This document shows, one piece after another, positions 26,685 to 36,465 of a stretch of 64,000 bases of DNA; the stretch's first letter is position 1, and every line of letters starts with the position of its first letter. The stretch covers positions 1 to 64,000 of IMG/VR virus record IMGVR_UViG_3300037264_000690. The stretch is one strand, 5' to 3'. Under the pieces are notes generated by a model that saw nothing but the letters and a program-made list of their open reading frames with translations, was not told where the DNA came from and did not search any database. A program made the translations under genes and the position numbers. Origin of the DNA: a virus.

Positions 26685-29378
26685 ATGTCTGAGCATCGAC
26701 ACCACCTGCCGGTCATCACAGTCGAGAGACACGATGGCAAGATAAAGGTCTGCCCCCACTGTCAACAAGAAGTTACAGAGAAGAGCATCTACCGCGACAA
26801 AAAGGGCTGGCTGTTCCATCGTCCGTGTTTTGCCAAGGGCAAGGGTTCGATTGGCATGGATAAGGAGAGTGGTATCCTGGTACCTGGTACTCTTGGCGCT
26901 GTTGTTGGTGGAGCCATTGGTGCCAGTGGTAAGGTTCCTCACGTCAATACTCTACGTGGTGCGTTGATTGGTGGTGGACTTGGGTTGGCGGCTGGCTCAC
27001 TTATGCCGGGTCAGCTCACTGATCCTCTGACCATGCTTACCCCTGAACGGCGACAGGAGTTAGAAGCGAGATTCAAGAAGATCACTAACACGCTTGATCG
27101 GTCAGGCACTGACGTTAACACACATCACAAGCGTGTGATAGTACCGCACGATTTCTTCAATGAAAATGATATGAGGGATTACGGTTTCCGCCCAAGTTAT
27201 ACTGCCATTCCCGAGCTTGGCCAGTCTGAATTCAGGACCTGGCGTCACCCATCGGACTTGCATCATTTTCATCGTCATCCACAAGGGTTCACAGTTCATA
27301 AGGATCAAGCTCATCCCGGTGTCAAGCATCTTGTCACTGAGGGCTTGCCGGCTTACGGTATGTACCTCAAGCGTCGCCTGGCAGCCTTCAAAGAGTCAGG
27401 TCAACCGAGCATGGCACAGGATATCCTGAATGAGAACCCGGAAGCGATCGTTAAATCCGGTTCAGCTCCAGTTATCCACGAGAAACAGGATAACGATTAT
27501 AACTGCGGTCCGGCGGCGCTTAAGGCGGTCGAGAACTCAATGGGCATCGGTCATACAAACCAACAGGCATACGAGAAGGAGACTAACACTAGCGAGGCTA
27601 ATGGCACCCCAATTGTCAACTTGGAACAGACGGCTGAAAATCATGGTCACGATGTGGACTCTGGCGAGATGAGCCTTGAGCAATTGAAACAACACGTTGC
27701 CGTTGGTACTCCGGTAATTGTTGCTGTGCAGCTTGATGGTCCAGAAGGTGGCCCAAGTGATGGCTGGGAATCTGGGCACTACGTTGTGATAACAGGCATT
27801 GATGATAATTCGGTGAGTTTCATGGACCCAAACTCTGACACACCTGAGCGGTCGTGGTCATTGCAGAAGTTCCTGAGTCGGTGGCACGACCATGATTATC
27901 GTGGCAACGTCTACAACAACTGGGGCATGGCATTAGCGAAGCAAGCGGCTGAGGTAGAAAAGGAGGATGAGAAGCCTAGTTGGTGGCGTCAGATGGGTTA
28001 TGCCGGTCTAGCTCCCGCTGGTCTGCTTAGTGCTGCACATGTGGCTCGTACTGGGTTGAACCGGATCATTCCCAGTATGTCTGAGCATGCACATACTATG
28101 ATACAGCGACCTGAGTTTGCTGCTGCTGTGGCACACGATCCAGCACAGGCTGCTGCTCTACAGTCTGCTGTTAAGAGCCGTTGGAATCTCATGCGGATGA
28201 TGTCTGGTCGAGACGTTGCTGGTGTTAATCCGGAAGCGCGTAAGAAGCTGATGGACGTTGTGCTGGGTAAACCGAATGCTGGCCCCGCTGTGCCTACACG
28301 ACAAGGCGACGTATTACTACATCATGCGTTTGGCGGTGAGCACGGTGTGGGAGGTCTCATTCGACAGACAATTGCTGGTGTTCCTTATGGTCATACAGCA
28401 ATGGTGGGACCAAAGGACAACATCTACGATATGTATGGCCTAGCTGGTGGGCGTCAGTACAAGGTCGTTGAGTATCCGATGCGGCGATGGCGCAGCAATG
28501 ATCCTCATCACCAATATATGCGCATTCGCCCGAATATCAGTAACACCGTGGCTCATGCTGGTGGCGAAGATGTGGTTGGTAAGGCGTATCGTAGTGTGCT
28601 TGATCCAAAGACTGGACTGGCGCCATACGGTCATCGTACTAACACCGAAATTCATCTTGCTGAGGGCATGCCTGAGTTTACGCTTCCATCCGGTCGTAGT
28701 GTCTTTACAACTTTGGTGGATAAGATCATGGGTAGCGACGCTAGCAGGAAGCTGTCGAAGATGTTGCCGTCCAACTTTGGTGGTGACTTTCTCAGGAAGT
28801 GGCGTATTGGTATGAAGTGTAAGCCCGGTGAGACGTGCACCACACTGGTGCATCGTGGTCTTGAGGCACTGAAACCTGGCTTATTACAGAAGCCAGAAGG
28901 TATAGCTGCCGGTCCGGTTGATTTTCAGAGGGGCATCGGCAAGCAATTTGAGCCGGTTGAGCTTAATTTGCCTCGGGCATATCGTAAGCCTAGTCATATC
29001 TACGGTGAACACTTCTCTAAGTACGGACCACTGGCTGTGCGCGCCCTGCCGATTGCAGCTTTGGCTGGTTTGGGTATTTACGGTGGTTACAAGGCGCTAT
29101 CGCCGATGTTCAAGCAAAAGGAAGAGGAACCAATAACCCCAAAGTTGGCTGCTGATGGCGAGCTTGGTTCCGGTGGCGATCAAAGTCAGTCATCTGGGCA
29201 AGCTCAGGCTCTGGATGCATCCGGCTCTGCAATAGCTGGTCGTACCGATCAACAGCCGGCTAACCAAGAGCTGCTCAATCAATTGGAACAGCCACCAGAT
29301 CCACAGGTGTTTGACATGAGCACAGTAGAGAAGGCTGCTGCTCCGCTCTGGTTGATGACGCCGCGACTACCTAATTAA
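26685..29378 (+). CDS. Modular protein: Zn finger, unknown domain, C39 peptidase, permuted NlpC/P60-like domain, with K-x-A/S linkers
   Basis: QDNDYNCGPAAL...GHYVV...MDP; QGDVLL...YGHTAM...CTTLV. Confidence 0.7.
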   Translation: MSEHRHHLPVITVERHDGKIKVCPHCQQEVTEKSIYRDKKGWLFHRPCFAKGKGSIGMDKESGILVPGTLGAVVGGAIGASGKVPHVNTLRGALIGGGLGLAAGSLMPGQLTDPLTMLTPERRQELEARFKKITNTLDRSGTDVNTHHKRVIVPHDFFNENDMRDYGFRPSYTAIPELGQSEFRTWRHPSDLHHFHRHPQGFTVHKDQAHPGVKHLVTEGLPAYGMYLKRRLAAFKESGQPSMAQDILNENPEAIVKSGSAPVIHEKQDNDYNCGPAALKAVENSMGIGHTNQQAYEKETNTSEANGTPIVNLEQTAENHGHDVDSGEMSLEQLKQHVAVGTPVIVAVQLDGPEGGPSDGWESGHYVVITGIDDNSVSFMDPNSDTPERSWSLQKFLSRWHDHDYRGNVYNNWGMALAKQAAEVEKEDEKPSWWRQMGYAGLAPAGLLSAAHVARTGLNRIIPSMSEHAHTMIQRPEFAAAVAHDPAQAAALQSAVKSRWNLMRMMSGRDVAGVNPEARKKLMDVVLGKPNAGPAVPTRQGDVLLHHAFGGEHGVGGLIRQTIAGVPYGHTAMVGPKDNIYDMYGLAGGRQYKVVEYPMRRWRSNDPHHQYMRIRPNISNTVAHAGGEDVVGKAYRSVLDPKTGLAPYGHRTNTEIHLAEGMPEFTLPSGRSVFTTLVDKIMGSDASRKLSKMLPSNFGGDFLRKWRIGMKCKPGETCTTLVHRGLEALKPGLLQKPEGIAAGPVDFQRGIGKQFEPVELNLPRAYRKPSHIYGEHFSKYGPLAVRALPIAALAGLGIYGGYKALSPMFKQKEEEPITPKLAADGELGSGGDQSQSSGQAQALDASGSAIAGRTDQQPANQELLNQLEQPPDPQVFDMSTVEKAAAPLWLMTPRLPN

Positions 29379-29455
29379 CGACTTTCACGAAAACAACTCG
29401 ATGTCAATTATGCCGCTGGATTGTCCGGCGGTATACTTTTTGTTTGGAGGAAGAA

Positions 29456-29602
29456 ATGGATTTTGATCCGCTTAGCTCAGCACTGGAACCGATGAAACCC
29501 AGGATGAAGGAGCGCAAACCGGAAGAGGAACGAGATGAAAAGCCTGAGATAATCGTCAATGTCGTTGACGATCCATGGATAGATATCGGTGGTGAGGGCT
29601 GA
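29456..29602 (+). CDS. 48-aa acidic peptide ending WIDIGGEG (absent from the ORF track)
   Basis: GGAGG RBS; TATACT upstream. Confidence 0.6.
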   Translation: MDFDPLSSALEPMKPRMKERKPEEERDEKPEIIVNVVDDPWIDIGGEG

Positions 29603-29665
29603 CAAATCTGAGCGAACTCCCCTGTGGTAGAATGAACGAATCAGAAACCAAGGGGGGTTCGTCCA

Positions 29666-30430
29666 ATGGCTATTGCAGTCAAACGTTACGGGTGGAAGCC
29701 CGACCACCCGGATCATAGAGACTTCAAGTATCGAGCCACCGCACCTGTATTGCAGGCATTACCTGTTAAGACAGACCTGCGATCTGGCTGCCCAGCCATT
29801 GATAATCAGCTTGAACTTGGCTCTTGCACGGCCCAGGCGCTGTCTGGTCTGTGTCAGTTCGTTGATAGTAAGATTGGCGTCGACGACGTCGTTAAACCCA
29901 GTCGACTCTTCATTTACTACAACGAGCGGAGGATCGAAGGTACTACCGACTCTGACAGCGGTGCGTATCTGCGCGACGGCATGAAGGCCCTGCAGCGCTG
30001 GGGTTATCCACCCGAAGAATTGTGGCCTTATGACATCTACAAATTTGCTCGCCAGCCGTCAAAGGTCATCTATGAAGCTGCTGTCTCCAGTAAGATCGAC
30101 ACCTACAGCCGTGTCACTCAAAGCGAAAAGCACCTCAAGGCGTGCCTAGCTGAGGGTTTCCCGGTGGTCTTCGGCTTTACCGTCTACAACAGCTTCGAGG
30201 CGGAACACGTCGCTCATACTGGCATCATGACGATGCCAATACACTCTGAGGCGCCGGTTGGTGGTCATGCCGTTATGTTGGTTGGCTATGACGACGAGAA
30301 GCAGTATTGGATCGTGCGCAACAGTTGGGGTGTTGAGTGGGGTGACAAGGGGTATTTCTATATGCCCTATAGTTACCTGGTCGATCCTGACCTATCTGCC
30401 GATTTCTGGACCGTCCGGTACGTGGCATAA
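29666..30430 (+). CDS. Papain-family (C1) cysteine peptidase
   Basis: Q...GSCTAQA, GGHAV..VGY, RNSWG..WG..GY. Confidence 0.92.
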   Translation: MAIAVKRYGWKPDHPDHRDFKYRATAPVLQALPVKTDLRSGCPAIDNQLELGSCTAQALSGLCQFVDSKIGVDDVVKPSRLFIYYNERRIEGTTDSDSGAYLRDGMKALQRWGYPPEELWPYDIYKFARQPSKVIYEAAVSSKIDTYSRVTQSEKHLKACLAEGFPVVFGFTVYNSFEAEHVAHTGIMTMPIHSEAPVGGHAVMLVGYDDEKQYWIVRNSWGVEWGDKGYFYMPYSYLVDPDLSADFWTVRYVA

Positions 30431-30443
30431 TGTGAGTATGGCG

Positions 30444-30457
30444 AGTAATTTTCTACT
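30444..30457. promoter_or_regulatory. AGTA-N6-TACT box
   Basis: AGTA-ATTTTC-TACT before AGGAG. Confidence 0.6.
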
Positions 30458-30466
30458 CAGGAGTAC

Positions 30467-30787
30467 ATGATGGTCACGATCCGTTGTTTCCCTGGTGATG
30501 TGCTAACTCTGACGGTCAAGAATCGTGGTAACGATGGCGGTTTCTACATTTCGGCTACGAAGCCTGTGTGGACGCTGTCCAGCCACGTCCTAGCTGAGTT
30601 CTTCGAGATGGCTCAGGATGGTCATAGCATCAAGGTTAAGGCCATTGCCGTCGGTGCTCCAGTAGTAACGGCGACCATTGACACCGGTAATGAGACCTTC
30701 ACGCTTAATATCGTGGCGCCACCGGCTCTGTCGAAGGTGCCAATGGGTGATTATGAGCGTAATCCAGCGTTGCGGCTCAAGCCGTAA
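30467..30787 (+). CDS. Small beta-rich (Ig-like?) protein
   Basis: PVW..S...A...G...VTAT pattern shared with 30907-31251. Confidence 0.5.
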   Translation: MMVTIRCFPGDVLTLTVKNRGNDGGFYISATKPVWTLSSHVLAEFFEMAQDGHSIKVKAIAVGAPVVTATIDTGNETFTLNIVAPPALSKVPMGDYERNPALRLKP

Positions 30788-30906
30788 TCTGGTTTGAACT
30801 AACCTGGCCAGACCTGGTAGAATCAAGTTGTAGTCGATGCCTTGGTTGATGGAACCTCCCTTGGCCGGGAGGTCAATCAGGCTAGACCACACGGGGGTTT
30901 ATAATC

Positions 30907-31251
30907 ATGGCCATTACCGTAACGACCCTGCAGCAAGTTAGGCTGCATGTCGCTGCAGTTGCCCCAACGGGCAAGGTTCCACCAGTACCAGCACCAGTGT
31001 GGACTAACAGCCATCCAACGAAGGTGGCGCTTGCGTTCCCGCAGGGCGATACCAACACGGTTATCGCTATCGGCCTGGCAACGCAGGTTGGTGTCAGCAT
31101 TACAGCCACGAGCGGTATCCTGGTGCAAGTCTTCACCATTGACGTCGTATCTCCTGATGCAACTGCACTCACCGGCTCCAATGAGCTGCCTGAGAGCCAG
31201 AATGACCTCAACCGCAGTCGCGGTCGTGGTCTGGGTCTTGGCTACCAGTAA
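30907..31251 (+). CDS. Small beta-rich (Ig-like?) protein
   Basis: PVWTNS.P...AIG....ITAT; follows TGGTAGAAT (30815). Confidence 0.55.
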   Translation: MAITVTTLQQVRLHVAAVAPTGKVPPVPAPVWTNSHPTKVALAFPQGDTNTVIAIGLATQVGVSITATSGILVQVFTIDVVSPDATALTGSNELPESQNDLNRSRGRGLGLGYQ

Positions 31252-31275
31252 GCCGGCCTGCCGTCATATTTATTG

Positions 31276-31310
31276 CCCGGCACTTCCCAAAAAGTGCCGG
31301 GTTTTTCTTT
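31276..31310 (+). terminator. Intrinsic terminator
   Basis: CCCGGCACT...AGTGCCGGG + TTTTTCTTT. Confidence 0.75.
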
Positions 31311-31327
31311 GACTGTGAGCTACCACT

Positions 31328-31882
31328 ATGTCTAGCAAAAAACTGATTCAGTTACACGAAGACAAACTATTCCTTCATGAAGCTCAGCGCTTTCGTAAGT
31401 ATGCTGATAACGTTCCGACTCTCCGGAAACGGCTGGTCAAACTTGGTTATAAGGATCAGGCTTGTCTGCTTGATCAACTCCGCTGGCTTAAGGAGCCTGA
31501 CAAGCTAATAGCAGTTGACGCACCTGACAGAGCTCCGATCAACATCTTCGGTGGCGGTCAGATCTCTCGACAACCGTTCAACTTCGGCACCATTCCTGAT
31601 AAGCCAGTTGATGCTGTTAGCTGGTTGACTAACCTTGGCGCACTGCGTCTAGACAATCATTTTCAGTGTCACTGGGCTGCTTGCACCATCGTCATTGCGG
31701 TCAACGGTTGGCGTGATGATAAGATCACCCGACGCGGCCGGCGGTGGGTCTATCAGCCACCCGATTTACCGCGAGCGTCCTTCCTGTTGCATTGGAAGGA
31801 TCATCGTGATGTCTTCAATGACTGGAAGCGACATATGGCCCGTCTTTGTATTGTCGCTGCAACCCTCTATAAAATAACATGA
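31328..31882 (+). CDS. Hypothetical protein
   Basis: 184-aa ORF. Confidence 0.5.
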   Translation: MSSKKLIQLHEDKLFLHEAQRFRKYADNVPTLRKRLVKLGYKDQACLLDQLRWLKEPDKLIAVDAPDRAPINIFGGGQISRQPFNFGTIPDKPVDAVSWLTNLGALRLDNHFQCHWAACTIVIAVNGWRDDKITRRGRRWVYQPPDLPRASFLLHWKDHRDVFNDWKRHMARLCIVAATLYKIT

Positions 31883-31947
31883 TGATAAGATGGAGTTCGT
31901 TCGCCAGTTGCCACTCATGGTCAAAGTCCAGTTTAAGGGTGATGTAG

Positions 31948-33459
31948 ATGGCTAACGATGCAATGATGTCGCTGAATAAGGAGGTGGTCAGTCTCTTCGA
32001 CTCGATCAAGCAAGCTGACATCCTTCCTGAAGTACAGATGCAGCCACATCAAGCACGTTTGCAGATGGAAGCGCAAGGCGAACCGTCTCGTAAGCTGCTC
32101 TATCATGCTCTTGGGTCAGGCAAGACGCTCTCGGCCCTAGGAATGGCGGAGGCTCAGCAGCAGCCGTATACTGCCATTGCACCAGCTGCCCTTCGCGCAA
32201 ACTGGAAGTCGGAGATCCAGAAATTCACTGACGAGAAGACTCCGCAGCACGTCATGAGCTACTCCGAGCTGGCTCGTGGCAAACCTGTGCCATATCAGCA
32301 CACAATCATCTTCGACGAGGCTCATCGGCTGCGCAACATTGGGACTGCTCAGACCAGTCAGGCCCTTCGCGCTGCAGAGAAAGCGCATCAGATTACGTTG
32401 CTATCTGGCTCGCCAGTCGTCAACGATCCACAGGATCTAGCAGTGCCGACTCGGATGCTCACCGGCCAGAAGATCAGCCCTCAGCAGTTCCGTCAGCGTT
32501 ACGTTGGCGAACGGGAGGTCAGACCAGGCTTTTGGGCTCGCTTGCGTGGTGTGCCTGCTGGTCGAGAGGAAGACATCCAGAATGCTGAGGAGCTGAAGGC
32601 GTTACTCAAGGGTCGGGTTGACTACTATGCTCCGAAGTCGACGACCGTGCCAGTCAAGCACGAGGTTCATGATGTTGAAATGGGCGTTGAGCAGAGTCAG
32701 ATCTATCGTGGCATGTGGGAGAAGCTGCCGTGGCATATCCGATGGAAGCTGAAGAACGACTTCCCCATGAACTCCGAGGAACTACAGCGATCGGTCAGCT
32801 TCCTAACGGGGCCACGGCAGGTCAGCCTGTCGCCATACCCGTATATGCGTGAAAAGAATCCGGTCAAAGCATTCCACATGTCGCCCAAGTTGATCAAGGC
32901 TCACGAGGAGATGCAGAAGCACCTCAGTCACCCGGACAAGAAGGCATTGGTCTTCAGCAACTACATCGACGCTGGGCTGACGCCGTACTCTGCCAAGTTG
33001 ACAGAGCAGGGTGTACCCAATGCCCTCTTCCATGGTGGGCTCAACGACAAGCAGCGAAAAGAGCTCGTCGAGAACTTCAACACTGGCAAGATTCGTGTGG
33101 CCCTGATCGGTCCCTCTGGTAGTGAGGGCCTGTCATTTAGAGGCACCCAACTGATCCAGATGCTTGATCCGTATTGGCACCAAACCAGAACAAATCAGAT
33201 GCAAGGACGTGGACTGCGGTTCGATAGCCACACTGGTTTGCCGGAGGACCTGAAGGATGTGACTGTGCAGCAGTTCTCCTCGAAGCTACCCCTGGGCTTC
33301 AAGGATAGACTGTTGTCACGGATTGGCTTCGACCGGTCACGTCAGGCAGCTGGTGCTGATGCCTACTTGAAGGAAATGGCTGCTCGCAAGGAGAGGCTGA
33401 ATCAGAAGTTCCTGAACCTCTTGAAGGAGGTTGGTTTACAGAATGGACGTGCAGCATGA
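31948..33459 (+). CDS. SNF2-like superfamily-2 helicase
   Basis: GSGKT, FDEAH, LSGSP, SEGLS, Q..GRGLR. Confidence 0.9.
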   Translation: MANDAMMSLNKEVVSLFDSIKQADILPEVQMQPHQARLQMEAQGEPSRKLLYHALGSGKTLSALGMAEAQQQPYTAIAPAALRANWKSEIQKFTDEKTPQHVMSYSELARGKPVPYQHTIIFDEAHRLRNIGTAQTSQALRAAEKAHQITLLSGSPVVNDPQDLAVPTRMLTGQKISPQQFRQRYVGEREVRPGFWARLRGVPAGREEDIQNAEELKALLKGRVDYYAPKSTTVPVKHEVHDVEMGVEQSQIYRGMWEKLPWHIRWKLKNDFPMNSEELQRSVSFLTGPRQVSLSPYPYMREKNPVKAFHMSPKLIKAHEEMQKHLSHPDKKALVFSNYIDAGLTPYSAKLTEQGVPNALFHGGLNDKQRKELVENFNTGKIRVALIGPSGSEGLSFRGTQLIQMLDPYWHQTRTNQMQGRGLRFDSHTGLPEDLKDVTVQQFSSKLPLGFKDRLLSRIGFDRSRQAAGADAYLKEMAARKERLNQKFLNLLKEVGLQNGRAA

Positions 33460-33827
33460 TCACGATACTCTTTTTAATCAGTGTTGTAGCTAATAACATC
33501 ATGATTGTATGGTGCTACTACACCCGTAGGTCTCGTAACGAGACCAGGTCATTGCGCGGTGGCTTTGAGCATATGTACTTCACTGAGAACGAAAAGCTCA
33601 GGAAGGCTCGGGCTCGTGTTCAAGAGCTGGAGACAGCCGTTGCTACCCATATGAACGCCAAGGGTCATCAGCGGTGCTGGATCAATGACTTGGAGCTGTA
33701 CCGAGTGATCAAGCCAGAAGTTGATAAGATGAGTCTTGCTCTACCCTGTTTGCCAGAGTTCCTGCACAACTGCACGGTCTACTGGCGTGATAGCCAACCA
33801 CCAGAAGCACGGAAACTCGGAGGCTAA
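33456..33827 (+). CDS. Membrane-anchored hypothetical protein
   Basis: N-terminal TM segment; GH.RCW.ND. Confidence 0.55.
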   Translation: MITILFLISVVANNIMIVWCYYTRRSRNETRSLRGGFEHMYFTENEKLRKARARVQELETAVATHMNAKGHQRCWINDLELYRVIKPEVDKMSLALPCLPEFLHNCTVYWRDSQPPEARKLGG

Positions 33828-33829
33828 CT

Positions 33830-35518
33830 GTGCCAAGACAATCAGTTGGAATCCCCGATCATGATGCCTATGGTGATCCACTGGCTGGCCTGACTACTGG
33901 CCAGCTTGCTGATTGGGTTGTGCAGCGTCACATGGCTCAACGCGCTGGCGAACACTATGATGTCCGCTTCGGCACACCTGAAACTGGACTGTATTCTTGG
34001 GCAGCACGTAATGGTCTGCCCATGCCTGGCCAGAAACACCTCGCTGTCCAACAACCCATCCATGCTCATGGGTATAAGGACTTCCAGGGTGTCATCCCTC
34101 GTGGTTACGGTGCTGGCTCGGTCAGTAAGACTCAGTCAGGTCACGTCTTGGTAACCAGGATCGAGCCGAATGCAATCCACTTCACCACTGCGCGAAGTCG
34201 ATTTCCCGAACGATTCGCTCTGATCAAGCCGAAGAGTGGCAAGAACTGGCTATTGCTAAACACTACCAAGACCCAACCAATTCCTTACGACAAAGTTCAC
34301 TACGCGACCATCCCTACCGAGAAAGCTGAGGAGATTATTGATGGTCTTCAACCAGGAAGCTCAGTACAAGCAAAAGTTGATGGTGCAGCAAGTCTCACAA
34401 AACTGTTCAAAGACCACGTCGAGGTGGTTTCCTATCGAACGGCAAAAGGAACTGGATACCCAATTGTCCACACCGAGCGAGTGTTCCACGGACGACCCGG
34501 GGCTCAGATCCCTCGTGAGCTTATTGGAACGGTTTTGCGGGGGGAACTATATGGCGTTGGTCCCGAAGGTCGTGCTATTCCATCACAGCAGCTTGGTGGA
34601 CTCCTCAACGCCGGAGTGGCTAAGTCGATCCAAAGGCAACGGGATCAGCAGATCAAACTGCGTAATCTTGTTTTCGACATTCACCAGCTTGGAGAATCGC
34701 CAACAGCAGCTATGCCCTACGCTCAGCGGCTTGCCAAGTTGAAGGAGATCCTGCCGCTTCTGCCGAGCAGCGAGACGTTTCATGCTCCAGAGGAAGCAAG
34801 GACTCCAGTTGAAGCCCGTGCGCTTTTCGAACGTATACGTGCTGGTCAGCATCCATTGACCAGTGAGGGTCTGGTCGTTCACTCACCTACGGGAGTTCCG
34901 TCCAAGATCAAGTTCATGGAAGACCACGATGTTCATGTTCGTAGCATCTTCCCTGGTGAAGGTAAGTATGAGGGCATAGGTGCTGGTGGCTTCAACTACA
35001 GCCATGAGCCTGAAGGTCCCATCATTGGTCGAGTTGGTACTGGACTGTCCGACGAGATGCGTCGTGACTTGTTGGAGAACCAGGACGACTATGTTGGTCG
35101 TGTCGCCAGGGTACAGGCCCAACAGAAGTTTCCATCTGGTTCGTTACGGGCACCATCGTTCATTTCCTTCCATGAGGACTACCCAGCTCGTCAGGCAGCA
35201 CAGACCGCTGCATCCGAGATGGGGTCGGCACGTCAGCGTATTCGCACCATGCGGCAACCAACGGCTGGCAATCCAGCTGAGCACGTCGGTGGCGCCTTAG
35301 CAGCGTTACGTCAAGCAAAGAAAGAGTCTGATCGCGGTAACTGGCCAGCTAAGCATGATCTGCTACGACAGACCATTCGCTCCGAGCCACACAATTTCAT
35401 AATTGACTCAGAGATGGCTGGCATTACCGGCTTGACACACAAGCCAACCGGGTTCAAAATCCACATTCCAACCCCAACTGTGCCGACGGAGCTGCGAGTT
35501 GCAAAGGGGGCCATATGA
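33830..35518 (+). CDS. LigD-type 3'-phosphoesterase domain fused to ATP-dependent DNA ligase
   Basis: VVQRH.A....HYD.R...SWA; KVDG, RGELY, FDI, EGLV, KIK, OB fold VGTGLSD. Confidence 0.85.
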   Translation: MPRQSVGIPDHDAYGDPLAGLTTGQLADWVVQRHMAQRAGEHYDVRFGTPETGLYSWAARNGLPMPGQKHLAVQQPIHAHGYKDFQGVIPRGYGAGSVSKTQSGHVLVTRIEPNAIHFTTARSRFPERFALIKPKSGKNWLLLNTTKTQPIPYDKVHYATIPTEKAEEIIDGLQPGSSVQAKVDGAASLTKLFKDHVEVVSYRTAKGTGYPIVHTERVFHGRPGAQIPRELIGTVLRGELYGVGPEGRAIPSQQLGGLLNAGVAKSIQRQRDQQIKLRNLVFDIHQLGESPTAAMPYAQRLAKLKEILPLLPSSETFHAPEEARTPVEARALFERIRAGQHPLTSEGLVVHSPTGVPSKIKFMEDHDVHVRSIFPGEGKYEGIGAGGFNYSHEPEGPIIGRVGTGLSDEMRRDLLENQDDYVGRVARVQAQQKFPSGSLRAPSFISFHEDYPARQAAQTAASEMGSARQRIRTMRQPTAGNPAEHVGGALAALRQAKKESDRGNWPAKHDLLRQTIRSEPHNFIIDSEMAGITGLTHKPTGFKIHIPTPTVPTELRVAKGAI

Positions 35519-35994
35519 TGAATATAAGTGTAATTGACCTGCTCGTGATATGTCTCGTCACGATGTTGCTCAACTGCATGTTGCTCGTCTTTGTGGCAGT
35601 GTGGTTGTACTGCTACTTTGATGAGAAGATCGAGCAACTGACCAGGTCGAATCGACGTTTGCTTACGCGTCTTGATTGTCAAGAGGATGCGACGAAGAGG
35701 TTGCAAATCTTCAATCCGCTGGCAGAGGAGATCTATCCGCCAATCTTTGACTTGGCATCGATAGCTGCACAAGTATCACCGATGGCTGAGGAGTTGGCCA
35801 CGGAGGAACCATCGCCATACTTCACCTACCTTAAATCACACAAAGAGTTGTGGAGGCTGCAAGTTAAGGGCGAGGATAACTCGGATTATGCCGACTATCT
35901 TCGTGGCGTCATGGACGAGTGCTACGCCAAGCTCAACATAGTTGAGCAAGAGAATGCTGATCGTGAATCAGCCGAGGCGTGGAAGAACATCTAA
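35515..35994 (+). CDS. Membrane-anchored hypothetical protein
   Basis: N-terminal TM segment. Confidence 0.55.
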   Translation: MMNISVIDLLVICLVTMLLNCMLLVFVAVWLYCYFDEKIEQLTRSNRRLLTRLDCQEDATKRLQIFNPLAEEIYPPIFDLASIAAQVSPMAEELATEEPSPYFTYLKSHKELWRLQVKGEDNSDYADYLRGVMDECYAKLNIVEQENADRESAEAWKNI

Positions 35995-36019
35995 AAAGGT
36001 CATGGTAACGTGTCAGTAT
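35992..36019 (+). promoter_or_regulatory. Class-A promoter-like motif (variant)
   Basis: TAAAA-N13-GTGTCAGTAT. Confidence 0.6.
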
Positions 36020-36221
36020 TCAGTGGCGTGGCTTATCATAAAGGCCAAACATCTGCCATCATGAGCAGATGAGCGACGTCGTCCCACCAGTGCTGATTTT
36101 TACATCATAGCACTTGATATAAGTGGCGAGGACGGTTACAGTTTCCTTATTGGAAGCATCGGGGATGGCAACGGTTGTCAACCTCACTACTTCTTTAGAG
36201 CTCAGTTCAGAAAGGTCAGTC

Positions 36222-36347
36222 ATGACGAACTCGTGTAGCGCACCGGGTGCACCCAAGCCAGCCGCCATCAAAAAGGGCACTCCCCGCAAGGGCAGCACGG
36301 CAAAGGGCAAGGGTACGAAGGGCAAGGGCAGTAGCCGTGGGCGTTAA
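36222..36347 (+). CDS. 41-aa Lys/Gly-rich basic peptide
   Basis: AAAGG RBS; KG repeats. Confidence 0.5.
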   Translation: MTNSCSAPGAPKPAAIKKGTPRKGSTAKGKGTKGKGSSRGR

Positions 36348-36381
36348 GCCCCGGTAACCGCATATTTGCCTCTGTAAGTAC

Positions 36382-36409
36382 ACGAGGGGCTCCGCAAGGA
36401 GCCCCTCGT
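36382..36409 (+). terminator. Strong hairpin (terminator or processing site)
   Basis: ACGAGGGGCTCC-GCAA-GGAGCCCCTCGT. Confidence 0.55.
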
Positions 36410-36465
36410 TGCGTTTCAAGCACAGCGCATTTTCTTTAAGCATCAGGGGGTTGGTAGTGTCAACG

